From the NCBI GenBank assembly GCA_016208165.1, contig JACQYL010000053.1, forward strand, positions 21,447 through 85,446: 64,000 nt of DNA, written 5' to 3'. The DNA is from Deltaproteobacteria bacterium. GTDB lineage: Bacteria > Desulfobacterota > Desulfarculia > JACQYL01. Numbering within the stretch: the stretch's first letter is position 1; each line of letters starts with the position of its first letter. The notes beneath the pieces were generated by a model. That model searched no databases. It saw only the letters and a program-made list of their open reading frames with translations, and was not told the origin of the DNA. Shown piece by piece: positions 28,608 through 38,001 of this stretch. The translations under genes were made by a program, and so were the position numbers.

Positions 28608-29879
28608 TCACATGAAAGGAGCTTTTTCTTTCACTGAAGATCCGAGGTTCTCATCGATCGTTTCGACACGCGCAAGGTCCCACAGACGGCTCGTACCGTC
28701 CGCCATGACATAGAGAGTCGCCACCCAATTACTGATCCACTCAACGAGATGACTAATTCTTTTCTTCTTTTCCAGCCTTGCTCCACGAATGCTGGTCCGC
28801 GCCGTTTCCCACAGGTACGGTATGGCTTCCCAGGAAAGCGTGAGTTTCGCCGCCACACTCTTTGACGAAATCCCGAAAAATCGCAGGAACGACAGTAAAC
28901 CGGTCAGTCCGTTGGCCAAGTCCGCCAGCGACGTGGTCATGGTTAACAGGAAACTCAGAAGCATCAGATAGAAAAGGCGAAATGCAAACTGAAACCCGTA
29001 GGTAACCCCTTCAATGGTCATCGTCAAATACGGTATCTCGAATATCGGACGGCCTTCCCCCTGAAGCAGAGCCGGGATCAGAAAAGATGTCAGAAGCAGC
29101 CATCGATACCTTCTTGATCTCCCCAGTAGCTGGGACACCGGAATTCTCGATAGCAACATCGAAGCCAGGAGAAGTCCGGAAAGGCTGAGCATTAACCAGA
29201 GGTTGGCGCTGATCAGAAGAATGAGCGACAAAATCCCACATCCGGCAATCTTTGCCTTGCTTGACAACTGATGGATACAAGAGTCCCGATGCACATAATG
29301 TCGAGATTCCGGCCTGGGCATCCCCTCCGATACCGTCAGAGCGGCTTCGGTCATCGTCCCGATGTGTTCCAACCGTATGCACACGGAGCGTGCAATCGCT
29401 CCGGTAACCCAGCCCATGAGCACGCCTCCGATGCAAAGCCAAGGCAGGAACACAAAAACACCTTCGTGTTTGATTAGTATGAGGTAGGCGAGGACCAGTT
29501 GGGTCAGATTATGGCAAAGGGCGCCCAAAATACTGATCCCGATCAAGCTGAAACGATAGTGACTGCTCGAACCGGAGACCCAGAAAAGGAAGCCCATGGC
29601 GCAGGTGCTGAGAAAGGCCCCGGAAATGCTCAGTACGAAAGGAGGGGACAGGAACGTGCCCATGAGGAAGGAACTGAGAATGGCCCGCAACAAAGCGACT
29701 TCCAGGGCTGCTTTAAAACCCAGGGTCACCAGGGCTACCAAAGTAATCATGTTGGCCAGCCCCAGCCTGAGACCGGGTATGGGGTGGGGCACAATCGATT
29801 CCGCTATTTGAAGCACACAAGAGAGGGAAACGAAAAGCGCTATTTTTTGCATTCGATCGGCTGACAAGGATGCTTCCAT
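28608..29879 (-). CDS. Fusion membrane protein: N-terminal Gx-transporter domain (formerly 'heptaprenyl diphosphate synthase component I', Hpt_synth_I) plus C-terminal ECF-transporter T-component (EcfT/CbiQ)-like domain
   Basis: Residues about 10-175 match the Gx transporter family (IAESIVPHPIPGLRLGLANMITLVALV...ISILGALCHNLTQL). Residues about 200-420 match EcfT/CbiQ (LTMTIEGVTYGFQFAFRLFYLMLLSFLLTMTTSLADLANGLTGLL..L.FFGIS...A.KLTLSW..IPYL.E.A). Confidence 0.65.
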   Translation of the reverse strand: MEASLSADRMQKIALFVSLSCVLQIAESIVPHPIPGLRLGLANMITLVALVTLGFKAALEVALLRAILSSFLMGTFLSPPFVLSISGAFLSTCAMGFLFWVSGSSSHYRFSLIGISILGALCHNLTQLVLAYLILIKHEGVFVFLPWLCIGGVLMGWVTGAIARSVCIRLEHIGTMTEAALTVSEGMPRPESRHYVHRDSCIHQLSSKAKIAGCGILSLILLISANLWLMLSLSGLLLASMLLSRIPVSQLLGRSRRYRWLLLTSFLIPALLQGEGRPIFEIPYLTMTIEGVTYGFQFAFRLFYLMLLSFLLTMTTSLADLANGLTGLLSFLRFFGISSKSVAAKLTLSWEAIPYLWETARTSIRGARLEKKKRISHLVEWISNWVATLYVMADGTSRLWDLARVETIDENLGSSVKEKAPFM

Positions 29880-29900
29880 AGGGCGGCTTCCACTTCCGGT

Positions 29901-30308
29901 TCAGCGAACCACGGCATCCACTAGCGGCGCTTTAGTGGATTGAACTTCGATCAGAATCCTGTTTGGGACACAAACGATAACCTCTCCCGGTACCTGTATC
30001 CAACCCGTACGAACGCAAATCTGTTTGCGGCAATTCGATCGCGCCACTCTGACTTTGCCCTCGTTTACTTCGATGTCCATCTCCTTGGAGGGAAGCGTGA
30101 ATACGTTGTTTTTCGACAGGTTCAACTCGGCCACCAGAAGGCCGTCCTTGAAAACGACGGCCGAGGTAGCTCGCCGGCTCTGACGGCCGGAGTCGTGTCC
30201 CATCCAGAGGATGCTTCCGGCGGAAAGGACGACAATCAGAAAGATCGAAAGCTTTTCGAGTCGAGTCATCCTGCGCGCATAGACTTGCCCCTGGCCTTCG
30301 TCCATCAT
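29901..30308 (-). CDS. NusG domain II-containing small membrane protein (NusG_II, DUF1312-like)
   Basis: About 120-135 aa. N-terminal TM helix then a beta-rich domain with spaced Cys (CRKQICVRTGWIQVPGEVIVCVPNRILIEV). The size, topology and pairing with a Gx-transporter gene 21 nt downstream are typical of this family. Alternative start at MTRLEK (30269). Confidence 0.6.
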   Translation of the reverse strand: MMDEGQGQVYARRMTRLEKLSIFLIVVLSAGSILWMGHDSGRQSRRATSAVVFKDGLLVAELNLSKNNVFTLPSKEMDIEVNEGKVRVARSNCRKQICVRTGWIQVPGEVIVCVPNRILIEVQSTKAPLVDAVVR

Positions 30309-30419
30309 TCATGGAGACTTTCTTGATGGAGAGCGCGTCCACAATTCACACGTATGGGAACCCTCAAGAGATATTTCAAGTCCCGAATCCCACTTTGCAG
30401 CACACAACGAGCGGCATTC

Positions 30420-30620
30420 ATTCCGATCGGGGTTGGACTAGAGACTCACGCGGCAGATAGGCGTTTTCTTCGTTGTGCGCCAAGCCACATATCGACTTTT
30501 TATTTTCTATACGAAATATAGTACAGGAGTCAACACCGATCTTAACTTTTTGTTTTACTATTGATTTCAACCGCCGGCGTCTTTAGCTGAAACTATATCG
30601 AAATCATCTACTTTGATCAC
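30420..30620. promoter_or_regulatory. AT-rich segment inside a 950-bp divergent intergenic region (likely promoter region of the minus-strand cytochrome/flavin operon)
   Basis: Marked local drop in GC (TTTTTATTTTCTATACGAAATATAGTAC...) in an otherwise high-GC sequence, directly upstream (minus-strand sense) of the first gene of the operon. Confidence 0.25.
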
Positions 30621-31262
30621 AAAACAGACGCCGGATGACAGTTGGAAATCCGTTTCCCGGTCAAATGATTCTCAGCAAATCGATCTCTCTGTCAAAGACG
30701 CAGCTGTAGAAGAGAAACCGCCCTTAAGAGCACATCATAACACTGGGAACTGCTTAAGATTGAACTTCCTGGGTTTTTTACACGAATCGGCGTTCATACT
30801 CATGTATGGCCGCATCGAGCTACGATCCCGACGCTGACTTCATGTGCAAGGGCTTCTTTCGATCACGGTCTTTTTAGAGGCGGGACTCGATCACGCACCA
30901 TGCGTTCGTGATTCGATCTGTTTTGCTCAGGCTGCGATACCTCTATAAAAAAGAGGGCTCTATGCCCTTACGAAGCAATTATACGATAACAGGAGAGCCG
31001 CAGGCCTGTCAAGAAATCGCCACGAAATTGCAGCGAACTCCGCACCGGGAATTGGCCTGTAATCGCGCACGGCCATCATGACTTCGGGATCACGCGGACG
31101 GTATAGCCCGAACAAGAACGATTTCTCAATTGCCTTTTCACGAAAAGGCGACTACTTTTTTGATGGTAATCCTGTTGAACAACATCGGCGAACTGTCACG
31201 ACCGAAATCATCCTGCCGCGGGAATACGATCCGTATACCCCCGAGTAATTAGGAGGACCACC

Positions 31263-32228
31263 ATGTTCAAGACTAGAGTCACCGAGATGTTGGGCATCAA
31301 ATATCCGATTATCGGTGGAACCATGATGTGGCTCAGCACTCCGGAATATGTTGCCGCCGTGTCCAGGGCCGGGGGGCTGGGCATTCTTGCTTCCGCCATG
31401 TACCAGAGCAAGAACGAACTGGCCGTCGCCATAGATCGGGTGCGCGAACTGACGGAAAAGCCTTTTGCCGTCAACCTTAATCTCTTTCCCGCCATGCGCG
31501 CGATAGACAACGGCGAGTACCTGGATGTGCTGCTCGAGAAAGATGTCAAGGTCGTGGAAACTTCAGGGCATTCCGCACCTGACGACTTGTGCGCGCGCTT
31601 CAAGAAGGCCGGAATGACCTGGATACATAAATGTGTCGGTGTCCGCTACGCCCTAAAGGTCCAGGACATGGGCGCGGACATTGTTACGGTGGTAGGCTAT
31701 GAAAACGGCGGCGCCACGGGCAAGCTCGATATTGGCGCCCTGGTTCTGGTGCCCAGCGTAGTCGACGCCTTGAGCATTCCCGTTATCGGTGGCGGCGGGG
31801 TTTCCGACGGCCGGGGTTTCCTGGCGGTGCTGGCTCTGGGAGCGGAAGGCGTCATCATAGGAACCCGGCTCCTGGCCACACGGGAAGCCCCCCTGCATGA
31901 TGCATTGAAGCAGTCCCTCGTCGGCGCGAGCGAGCTTGACACCATACTTGTCATGCGCTCGATCAACGCCACTCACAGAGTCTGGAACAATGCCGCGGCG
32001 CAAAAATGTCTAGAAATTGAAGCCCGGGGCGGAACGTTGAACGAAATCCTGGCAATCGCCACCGGGGCGAATGCAAAACGAATGTACGACAGCGGGGATC
32101 TTAACGCAGGCATCATGGCTTGCGGCCAGGGCGTGGGACTGGCGCATGATATCCCCACCATACGGGAGCTGTTGGACCGCATCGTGTCGGAAGCGGCCGG
32201 CTTGGCGAAAAAACTCGCTTCCAACTAG
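31263..32228 (+). CDS. Nitronate monooxygenase / FabK-like FMN-dependent oxidoreductase (NPD family)
   Basis: MFKTRVTEMLGIKYPIIGGTMMWLSTPEYVAAVSRAGGLGILA is the typical NMO/FabK N-terminus. Strong RBS AGGAGGA 7 nt upstream. Confidence 0.85.
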   Translation: MFKTRVTEMLGIKYPIIGGTMMWLSTPEYVAAVSRAGGLGILASAMYQSKNELAVAIDRVRELTEKPFAVNLNLFPAMRAIDNGEYLDVLLEKDVKVVETSGHSAPDDLCARFKKAGMTWIHKCVGVRYALKVQDMGADIVTVVGYENGGATGKLDIGALVLVPSVVDALSIPVIGGGGVSDGRGFLAVLALGAEGVIIGTRLLATREAPLHDALKQSLVGASELDTILVMRSINATHRVWNNAAAQKCLEIEARGGTLNEILAIATGANAKRMYDSGDLNAGIMACGQGVGLAHDIPTIRELLDRIVSEAAGLAKKLASN

Positions 32229-32408
32229 GAAAGCACCGCTGCATCACCTCCTTACCATTAGACGTTCAATTGAGATAGCAGGAGAATTCCGGGGGAACCT
32301 CTATTCTGAAGACTATGGCTCCGGGCTCGCTCCGTTTTCCCGGGCCGGCAAATGGTGACGCACCGGGTGGTGAGGGGATGTTCCTCGATGCCCGGGATTA
32401 GAAACCAT

Positions 32409-33425
32409 TTATCGCTTCGCGGCGGGCGCTATCGGTTCGTATTGCGGTCGCGTGAACCCTTGCCGGAACAGCGGGTGGCGGAGCACCTGTTCCGGCAGCT
32501 TTATTGGGGGCTCTCCAGTCAGGCCGTCATAGTGCAGCCGAATCTGCCTTACCAGGGCTGTCTCCACCGCCTCTTTCGCCGCCCATCCGATCAATTGGGC
32601 CGGCTTGCAGTGCCCCCCGGCGCAGGTCACTGAACGGCCCGAGCCGGAAACGATCATCACTTCATCCGTCCCGGTGCCCGTGGCCATGGCTTCCGGCGTA
32701 TAGGAACTTCGAATGCCCAGGTCCTGCAGCACAGCGGTCTTGGCTTCCGTAACCGTAATGATGGATCGGGCCATCTGTGCGTCTCCCAAAGAGGCGTTTG
32801 TCAGCACGATAACATTAATGGTCCCAAAGGGAATGCTTTCCTCGGATGAAGTTGATTCGGAGGCTCCTGTTTCCCTGGGTACGTGTTTATTCTCGAACCA
32901 GTCCCCGTAGTCCGTTCCCACGCGCATGGCGTTCGTTCCAGCACCCGCTGTCGCCAGGACGGTGACCGTGAGCCAGTCGTAGCGCTGGGTGGCCACGCCC
33001 AACGTATCCAAATCCGCCCCGGTGGAGAGCCGGACCAGATCAACGATGGAAAAACCGGCCATGTCGGCCAACCGCTCGAAGGCCACGCGCGTATAATCGG
33101 CGATCTGTCGGTCGTGCAGGACTCCCCACAGGGACGGGGGCACGTTGTGATTGGCGGCTACGGAGGAATGACGCAGCCCCTGAAGCGTGGAAAGGATCCA
33201 CCTGGGACTGTCCAGCTTGATCAGCAACGTTTTCAGGGTGTGCCGCCCTTCCATTTCAAGCGAATAACGATACACCTGGGCCTGAGCCCCCAGTTCCTCG
33301 GGCGTCGGGATGGCCCGGACCCCTATGTCCGCTTCGGAGGCCACACCGTGGGTTGCGACAACCAACCAGCACGCCACGATGACCCATTTCAGCAGGGATA
33401 AACCGTTCCTGGACCTGTAGTTCAC
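32409..33425 (-). CDS. Putative adenosylcobinamide amidohydrolase (CbiZ-like)
   Basis: Overall similarity pattern to the CbiZ family, including an ATGTGTDEV segment. The N-terminus looks like a signal peptide, which is unusual for CbiZ. Assignment tentative. Confidence 0.4.
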   Translation of the reverse strand: MNYRSRNGLSLLKWVIVACWLVVATHGVASEADIGVRAIPTPEELGAQAQVYRYSLEMEGRHTLKTLLIKLDSPRWILSTLQGLRHSSVAANHNVPPSLWGVLHDRQIADYTRVAFERLADMAGFSIVDLVRLSTGADLDTLGVATQRYDWLTVTVLATAGAGTNAMRVGTDYGDWFENKHVPRETGASESTSSEESIPFGTINVIVLTNASLGDAQMARSIITVTEAKTAVLQDLGIRSSYTPEAMATGTGTDEVMIVSGSGRSVTCAGGHCKPAQLIGWAAKEAVETALVRQIRLHYDGLTGEPPIKLPEQVLRHPLFRQGFTRPQYEPIAPAAKR

Positions 33426-33911
33426 TCTGTACCTCCTCGCCTTTCAATTCGGATATGAAAAACGTAGCGCGCTGCTCCGGCATCGGTCAAGCCGATTGTT
33501 CTTCGTGCGGTTGCCATCGCCAGGATCCCGGGTTTTTTCACGTTTCCGGAAAATGGCGTCTTTCGTTCAGCTTCGGGCTTTCGGCTGAGGACCGAGGAAT
33601 CGACGGTATTGACCGGAAACCACGTCTTGGCCTGAAAGGAGCAGCCCTAGGTCTCTGATCCGGCCGTTCCGGATAAGGTCCCGCCGCCCCGGCGCGCCAA
33701 TTTTCCATCGGACGGTCCGCTTTTTGGCGACCCTTTCTTTCGCTGCTTTTCTTCGGGTACTTGTAGGGCGACGGAGAAAAAAGTAAAATGACCGCTTGGA
33801 AGGAATCGCTTGCATTACACCTGTGGAAACAGCGTTTCCAGTTCGTTCCCCATATGATACGGTCTTCCACAGAAAGAACGGCCGCCGGATCGTCGTAACA
33901 TCCACAGCGAC

Positions 33912-35123
33912 GTGAGCATCCCGGCCATGATACCTCTTTACACTGACCCGTCGATAAGGCTAATGAATCTGACCGAATCCTTTCGAACATCACCCGACAC
34001 CGAGTCATCGTCTTTGGACACAGGCATTCGAATGGGCAATCCGGGTGCGGGTGTACGTTTCTTTAGAACCAAGGCCTTCGCGGTAATACTGATCGTGTGC
34101 CTTGGATTCTCTTTGCGCCTTCGTACCGGGTTGCTGTTTCCTTTAAGCTATGACGAATACCATTATCTGTCGGCGGCCAACAACTACGCTTACTGGATAT
34201 ATCAAGGGCGGATCGATCGTGTATTGACCGCCAAGCAGAACTATATGCATCCCCCCCTGGTCAAATATATCTTCGCCGCCGCGATACTCCTCACCAACAG
34301 CAAAGGCGACTTCGAGAACAACCGTCTGGTGGTTCGAATGCTCTCCGTTCTTGCGGGAACCGCATGCGTGGCGGTCCTGGCCTGGATGTGCCCCATGGCC
34401 GGTCTGGCATTGGCGGTCCATAACATAGGGGTTAAATTCAACGGCTTGGCCTACCTGGACTCCTTCCCCATGCTGTTCTCTTTCCTCGCCGTGTTGGCTT
34501 GTGAAAAGGCCGGCGCCCGGACCGGTAAATGGTTCTACGGTTCCGCCGTCCTGTTGGCCGCCACTGCGGCCTCGAAGTTGCCCTTTGTTATCGTGGGCGT
34601 TCCCATTGTGTATTTCACGTGGATCTCGCACCGCCCCAGGACCCGTTCACTGCTTAAATACGGTCTGACGTTTTTCCTCGCATTCGCACTTCTCAACCCG
34701 GTCTGGTGGTTTCGAACCGGAACCGAAGTAGTGGCAACGGTTCTGTTTCACTACGACTACAGTCGCAGTGAATATGTAAGCCACTTTGGGCTCCCGTGGT
34801 ATCAGCCATTGAAATACCTGTTCATGACCCGTACCGTGGCCACGGAACCGAGGCAGTTGCTTCAGCTCGACCCTTACGTCTTCTTGGCGAGTCTTTTAGG
34901 ATTGGGTCTGTTGTGGAAGCAAAGACCCATTTACCTTTGCTGGTATGCGACGGCGATGAGCTTTCTGTTCATCTGGCCCACGAAGTGGACTCACTACCCC
35001 ATGATTCTCCTGGTTCCGCTCTGTCTTTCATGCGGGCTTGCCGTTGAATGGACGGCCCGGAGATGGGGTTTCTTTACGAAATCGCTCGCTCAACGGTGGC
35101 CGATAAAGATGAAGGCGCCATAA
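33912..35123 (+). CDS. GT-C fold glycosyltransferase (PMT_2/ArnT-like, lipid-carrier-dependent)
   Basis: Multi-TM protein with conserved first periplasmic loop LSYDEYHYLSAANNYAYWIY...HPPLVKY typical of ArnT/PMT family 39/83 glycosyltransferases. Confidence 0.6.
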   Translation: MSIPAMIPLYTDPSIRLMNLTESFRTSPDTESSSLDTGIRMGNPGAGVRFFRTKAFAVILIVCLGFSLRLRTGLLFPLSYDEYHYLSAANNYAYWIYQGRIDRVLTAKQNYMHPPLVKYIFAAAILLTNSKGDFENNRLVVRMLSVLAGTACVAVLAWMCPMAGLALAVHNIGVKFNGLAYLDSFPMLFSFLAVLACEKAGARTGKWFYGSAVLLAATAASKLPFVIVGVPIVYFTWISHRPRTRSLLKYGLTFFLAFALLNPVWWFRTGTEVVATVLFHYDYSRSEYVSHFGLPWYQPLKYLFMTRTVATEPRQLLQLDPYVFLASLLGLGLLWKQRPIYLCWYATAMSFLFIWPTKWTHYPMILLVPLCLSCGLAVEWTARRWGFFTKSLAQRWPIKMKAP

Positions 35124-35288
35124 GTCCGGAGGAGATGAAATCCCTAAGACCTTTGTAGCACCCGAGATGTTCTTTGGCGCAACCGTTGGCAACAGGCCGC
35201 TCCCGGATTCGGACGGCGGCAACAGACACCTTCTACCCTCTTTTGCGGGACATGGCCCCCGGAAGATCGACCACCCTGAGAGATCGCG

Positions 35289-35753
35289 ATGATTGAATTC
35301 AAGCTAAATGGAAACATCGTCCGATTGGAGGTTTCTCCGGACATGCCTTTGTTATGGGTGCTCCGGGACATCCTTGGACTGACCGGAACCAAGTACGGTT
35401 GCGGAGAGGGCTTATGCGGGGCCTGCAACGTTCTTCTTAACGACAAGGCTGTTCATTCCTGCGTCACGCCGGTTTCCAGGGTTCAGGGCATGAATGTCAC
35501 CACCATCGAGGGTTTGGCGGCGGTCGAGAACCATCCGGTGTTATCGGCCTGGATCGAGGAGGAGGCGCCGGAGTGCGGGTATTGCCAGCCCGGACAGATT
35601 ATCTCGGCCACGGCCCTTTTGGCTGAAAACCACAGCCCCACGGATTCGGATATCGACGAAGCCATGTCTCAGAACCTCTGTCGATGCGGAACATATCGCC
35701 GAATCCGTCGCGCCATCCATCGTGCGCGGGCGCGCATGAATAAGGAGCGGTGA
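35289..35753 (+). CDS. (2Fe-2S)-binding small subunit of a molybdenum hydroxylase (CoxS/IorA-like)
   Basis: [11 protein letters not shown] and CGYCQPGQI...CRCGTY cluster motifs. Confidence 0.9.
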   Translation: MIEFKLNGNIVRLEVSPDMPLLWVLRDILGLTGTKYGCGEGLCGACNVLLNDKAVHSCVTPVSRVQGMNVTTIEGLAAVENHPVLSAWIEEEAPECGYCQPGQIISATALLAENHSPTDSDIDEAMSQNLCRCGTYRRIRRAIHRARARMNKER

Positions 35754-35760
35754 TCCGGCG

Positions 35761-38001
35761 ATGGGTACGCAGACCCGTATCTCTCGAAGAACCTTTCTAA
35801 AGGCCGCGGCGCTGTCCGGCGCCGGTCTGGCGATCGGGATTTCTCCGGACTCTTCAGGGAGAACCCCTCATGAGGGACAACATACCAGACTTGCCGGCTG
35901 GGTAAAAATCGGGTCGGACGATACGGTAACCGTACTCATCTCCAGGTCGGAGATGGGACAGGGCATTTCGACGGCTCTCGCCATGGTCGTGGCCGAAGAG
36001 CTGGAAGCGGACTGGACAAAAGTGCGCACGGAGTGGGCGCCTGTCACTCCCGAATACGCTCCACAAGCAACGGGCGCCAGCAAATCCATCCGAACGCTCT
36101 GGAAAAGACTTCTGATAGCGGGAGCCGCCGCCAGGGAAATGCTCATCGAGGCGGCCGCACGGACCTGGGAGGTCGGTAAAGAGACCTGCGTCGCTGAACG
36201 CGGATTTGTAGTTCATCGTTTTACCGGACGGCGTCTGGCTTATGGATCGTTGGCTGAAAAGGCCTCCGGTCTGGAAATACCCAAGTGGGTCGATCTGAAA
36301 AATCCGAAAGACTATCGACTCGTCGGTAAACCCCTACCCCGCCTCGACACACCGGAAAAGGTCAGGGGAGAGGCCATCTATTGTTGGGACCTAAAGGTTT
36401 CAGGCATGCTCGTCGCCACAGTAGCCCGGTGTCCCGTTCTGGGTGGTTGGGTCAAGGAGTTTGACGCTGAAGCAGTCGAAAAAATTGAGGGAGTGCGGTA
36501 TGTAGTACCGCTTTTTAATTCTTCCAGTGCATCCCGCCGGCAGGCATGGGCCTACCTCCGTTCCGCCGATTTTAGCGATAGCAGTCCAGCCGAACCGAAG
36601 CACTCTTCCCAGGACGATAATGGACCATCGGACGCCGCGCATTCCCCGCGCCCCCAGGGGACCGACATCGTGGCCATAGCGGTGGTTGCCGAGAATTTCT
36701 GGTCTGCAAAACGCGGTCGGGACGCCTTACAGGTTGAATGGGAAAACGGACCGAACGCCACGAGAGACAGTGGGGAGATTGCCGGCATCTTCGACAGCTG
36801 GTCCAGGGAAGGCCCGGGCAAGACCATAGTAAACAGAGGCGACGTGCGCAAAGCCGAGGCCGGGTGTGCGAGCAAACTATCCGCCGTGTATCAAGCGCCC
36901 TACCTCGCTCACGCCACCCCGGAGCCCATGTGCTGCGTTGCCGACGTCAGAAGGGAAAGCGCCGAAGTTTGGGCGCCGACGCAGGATCCGTGGGAATCGC
37001 TGACGGCGGCGAGCCAGTGGGCGGGTCTGCCTTCGGATGCCGTTCAATTGCACAAGATACGGCTGGGTGGAGGGTTCGGACGCCGATTGGTAACGGACTT
37101 CGTTGCTGAAGCCGTCCAGATATCAAAATCCATCGGTACGCCCGTAAAGGTCTTGTGGTCTCGAGAGGACGATATACGCCACGACTATTATCGACCCGCT
37201 ACAAGCCACAACATGAGCGCAGGAGTCGACGAATCCGGTCGGCCCACATTCTGGAGGCATCGAATCGCCGGACTGGGATCTCACGTGCAACTCCTGACGG
37301 GAGCGGATGAAATTCCCTACGCCATACCGGACAAAGTCGTCGAACTGGTTCAAGGGAAGATGCCGGAACCCGTAAAGACCGGTGCACATCGAGGTGTCGG
37401 ACATGTGCAAAACGCGTTTGCCATCGAATGCTTCATGGACGAAATTGCCGCGTCGGGAAAGAACGATCCGTTTGAACTGAGACGCAAATTACTGGCCGGC
37501 TCGCCTCGACACAAGGCCGTGCTCGAATTGGCCGCATCGAAGGCGGATTGGGGCGGGCCTTTGCCGGAAGGCATACATCGGGGAATTGCCATGCAGGCAC
37601 ATGAAGTAGGCAGCATTGCGGCGCAGGTGGCCGAGGTATCCATTGAAAAAGAGAACCGGGTGCGCGTGCATCGCGTGGTATGCGCCGTTGACTGCGGCAG
37701 AGTGGTCAACCCCAGTATTGTGACATCGCAAATAACGGGAGGGATCCTGTTCGGATTGTCCGGCGCCCTCAAAGAGGAAATCACACTGCATAAGGGACGA
37801 GTGGTCCAGAGTAATTTCCACGATTATCCTTTGCTCGGGATGGATGAAATCCCGGAAATCATCGTCCACACGGTACCCAGCCGGGAACATCCCGTAGGAG
37901 TCGGGGAACTGGGCGTTCTGCCCGTGGCTGCAGCCGTAGCCAATGCCGTTTTTGCGGCCACGGGCAAGCCCGTGCGTCGGCTCCCAATACGCCTCGCGTG
38001 A
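35761..38001 (+). CDS. Molybdopterin-dependent oxidoreductase large subunit (IorB/aldehyde oxidoreductase-like), Tat-exported
   Basis: Twin-arginine signal SRRTFLKAAALSGAGLAIG. 746 aa. Aldehyde oxidase/xanthine dehydrogenase-type domain order. Directly follows the 2Fe-2S subunit gene. Confidence 0.8.
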   Translation: MGTQTRISRRTFLKAAALSGAGLAIGISPDSSGRTPHEGQHTRLAGWVKIGSDDTVTVLISRSEMGQGISTALAMVVAEELEADWTKVRTEWAPVTPEYAPQATGASKSIRTLWKRLLIAGAAAREMLIEAAARTWEVGKETCVAERGFVVHRFTGRRLAYGSLAEKASGLEIPKWVDLKNPKDYRLVGKPLPRLDTPEKVRGEAIYCWDLKVSGMLVATVARCPVLGGWVKEFDAEAVEKIEGVRYVVPLFNSSSASRRQAWAYLRSADFSDSSPAEPKHSSQDDNGPSDAAHSPRPQGTDIVAIAVVAENFWSAKRGRDALQVEWENGPNATRDSGEIAGIFDSWSREGPGKTIVNRGDVRKAEAGCASKLSAVYQAPYLAHATPEPMCCVADVRRESAEVWAPTQDPWESLTAASQWAGLPSDAVQLHKIRLGGGFGRRLVTDFVAEAVQISKSIGTPVKVLWSREDDIRHDYYRPATSHNMSAGVDESGRPTFWRHRIAGLGSHVQLLTGADEIPYAIPDKVVELVQGKMPEPVKTGAHRGVGHVQNAFAIECFMDEIAASGKNDPFELRRKLLAGSPRHKAVLELAASKADWGGPLPEGIHRGIAMQAHEVGSIAAQVAEVSIEKENRVRVHRVVCAVDCGRVVNPSIVTSQITGGILFGLSGALKEEITLHKGRVVQSNFHDYPLLGMDEIPEIIVHTVPSREHPVGVGELGVLPVAAAVANAVFAATGKPVRRLPIRLA

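Noticed and set aside
33426-33911. Cobalamin riboswitch upstream of the CbiZ-like gene
   Set aside because: No B12-box (GCCACTG or its reverse complement) recognised by eye on either strand. Left uncalled.
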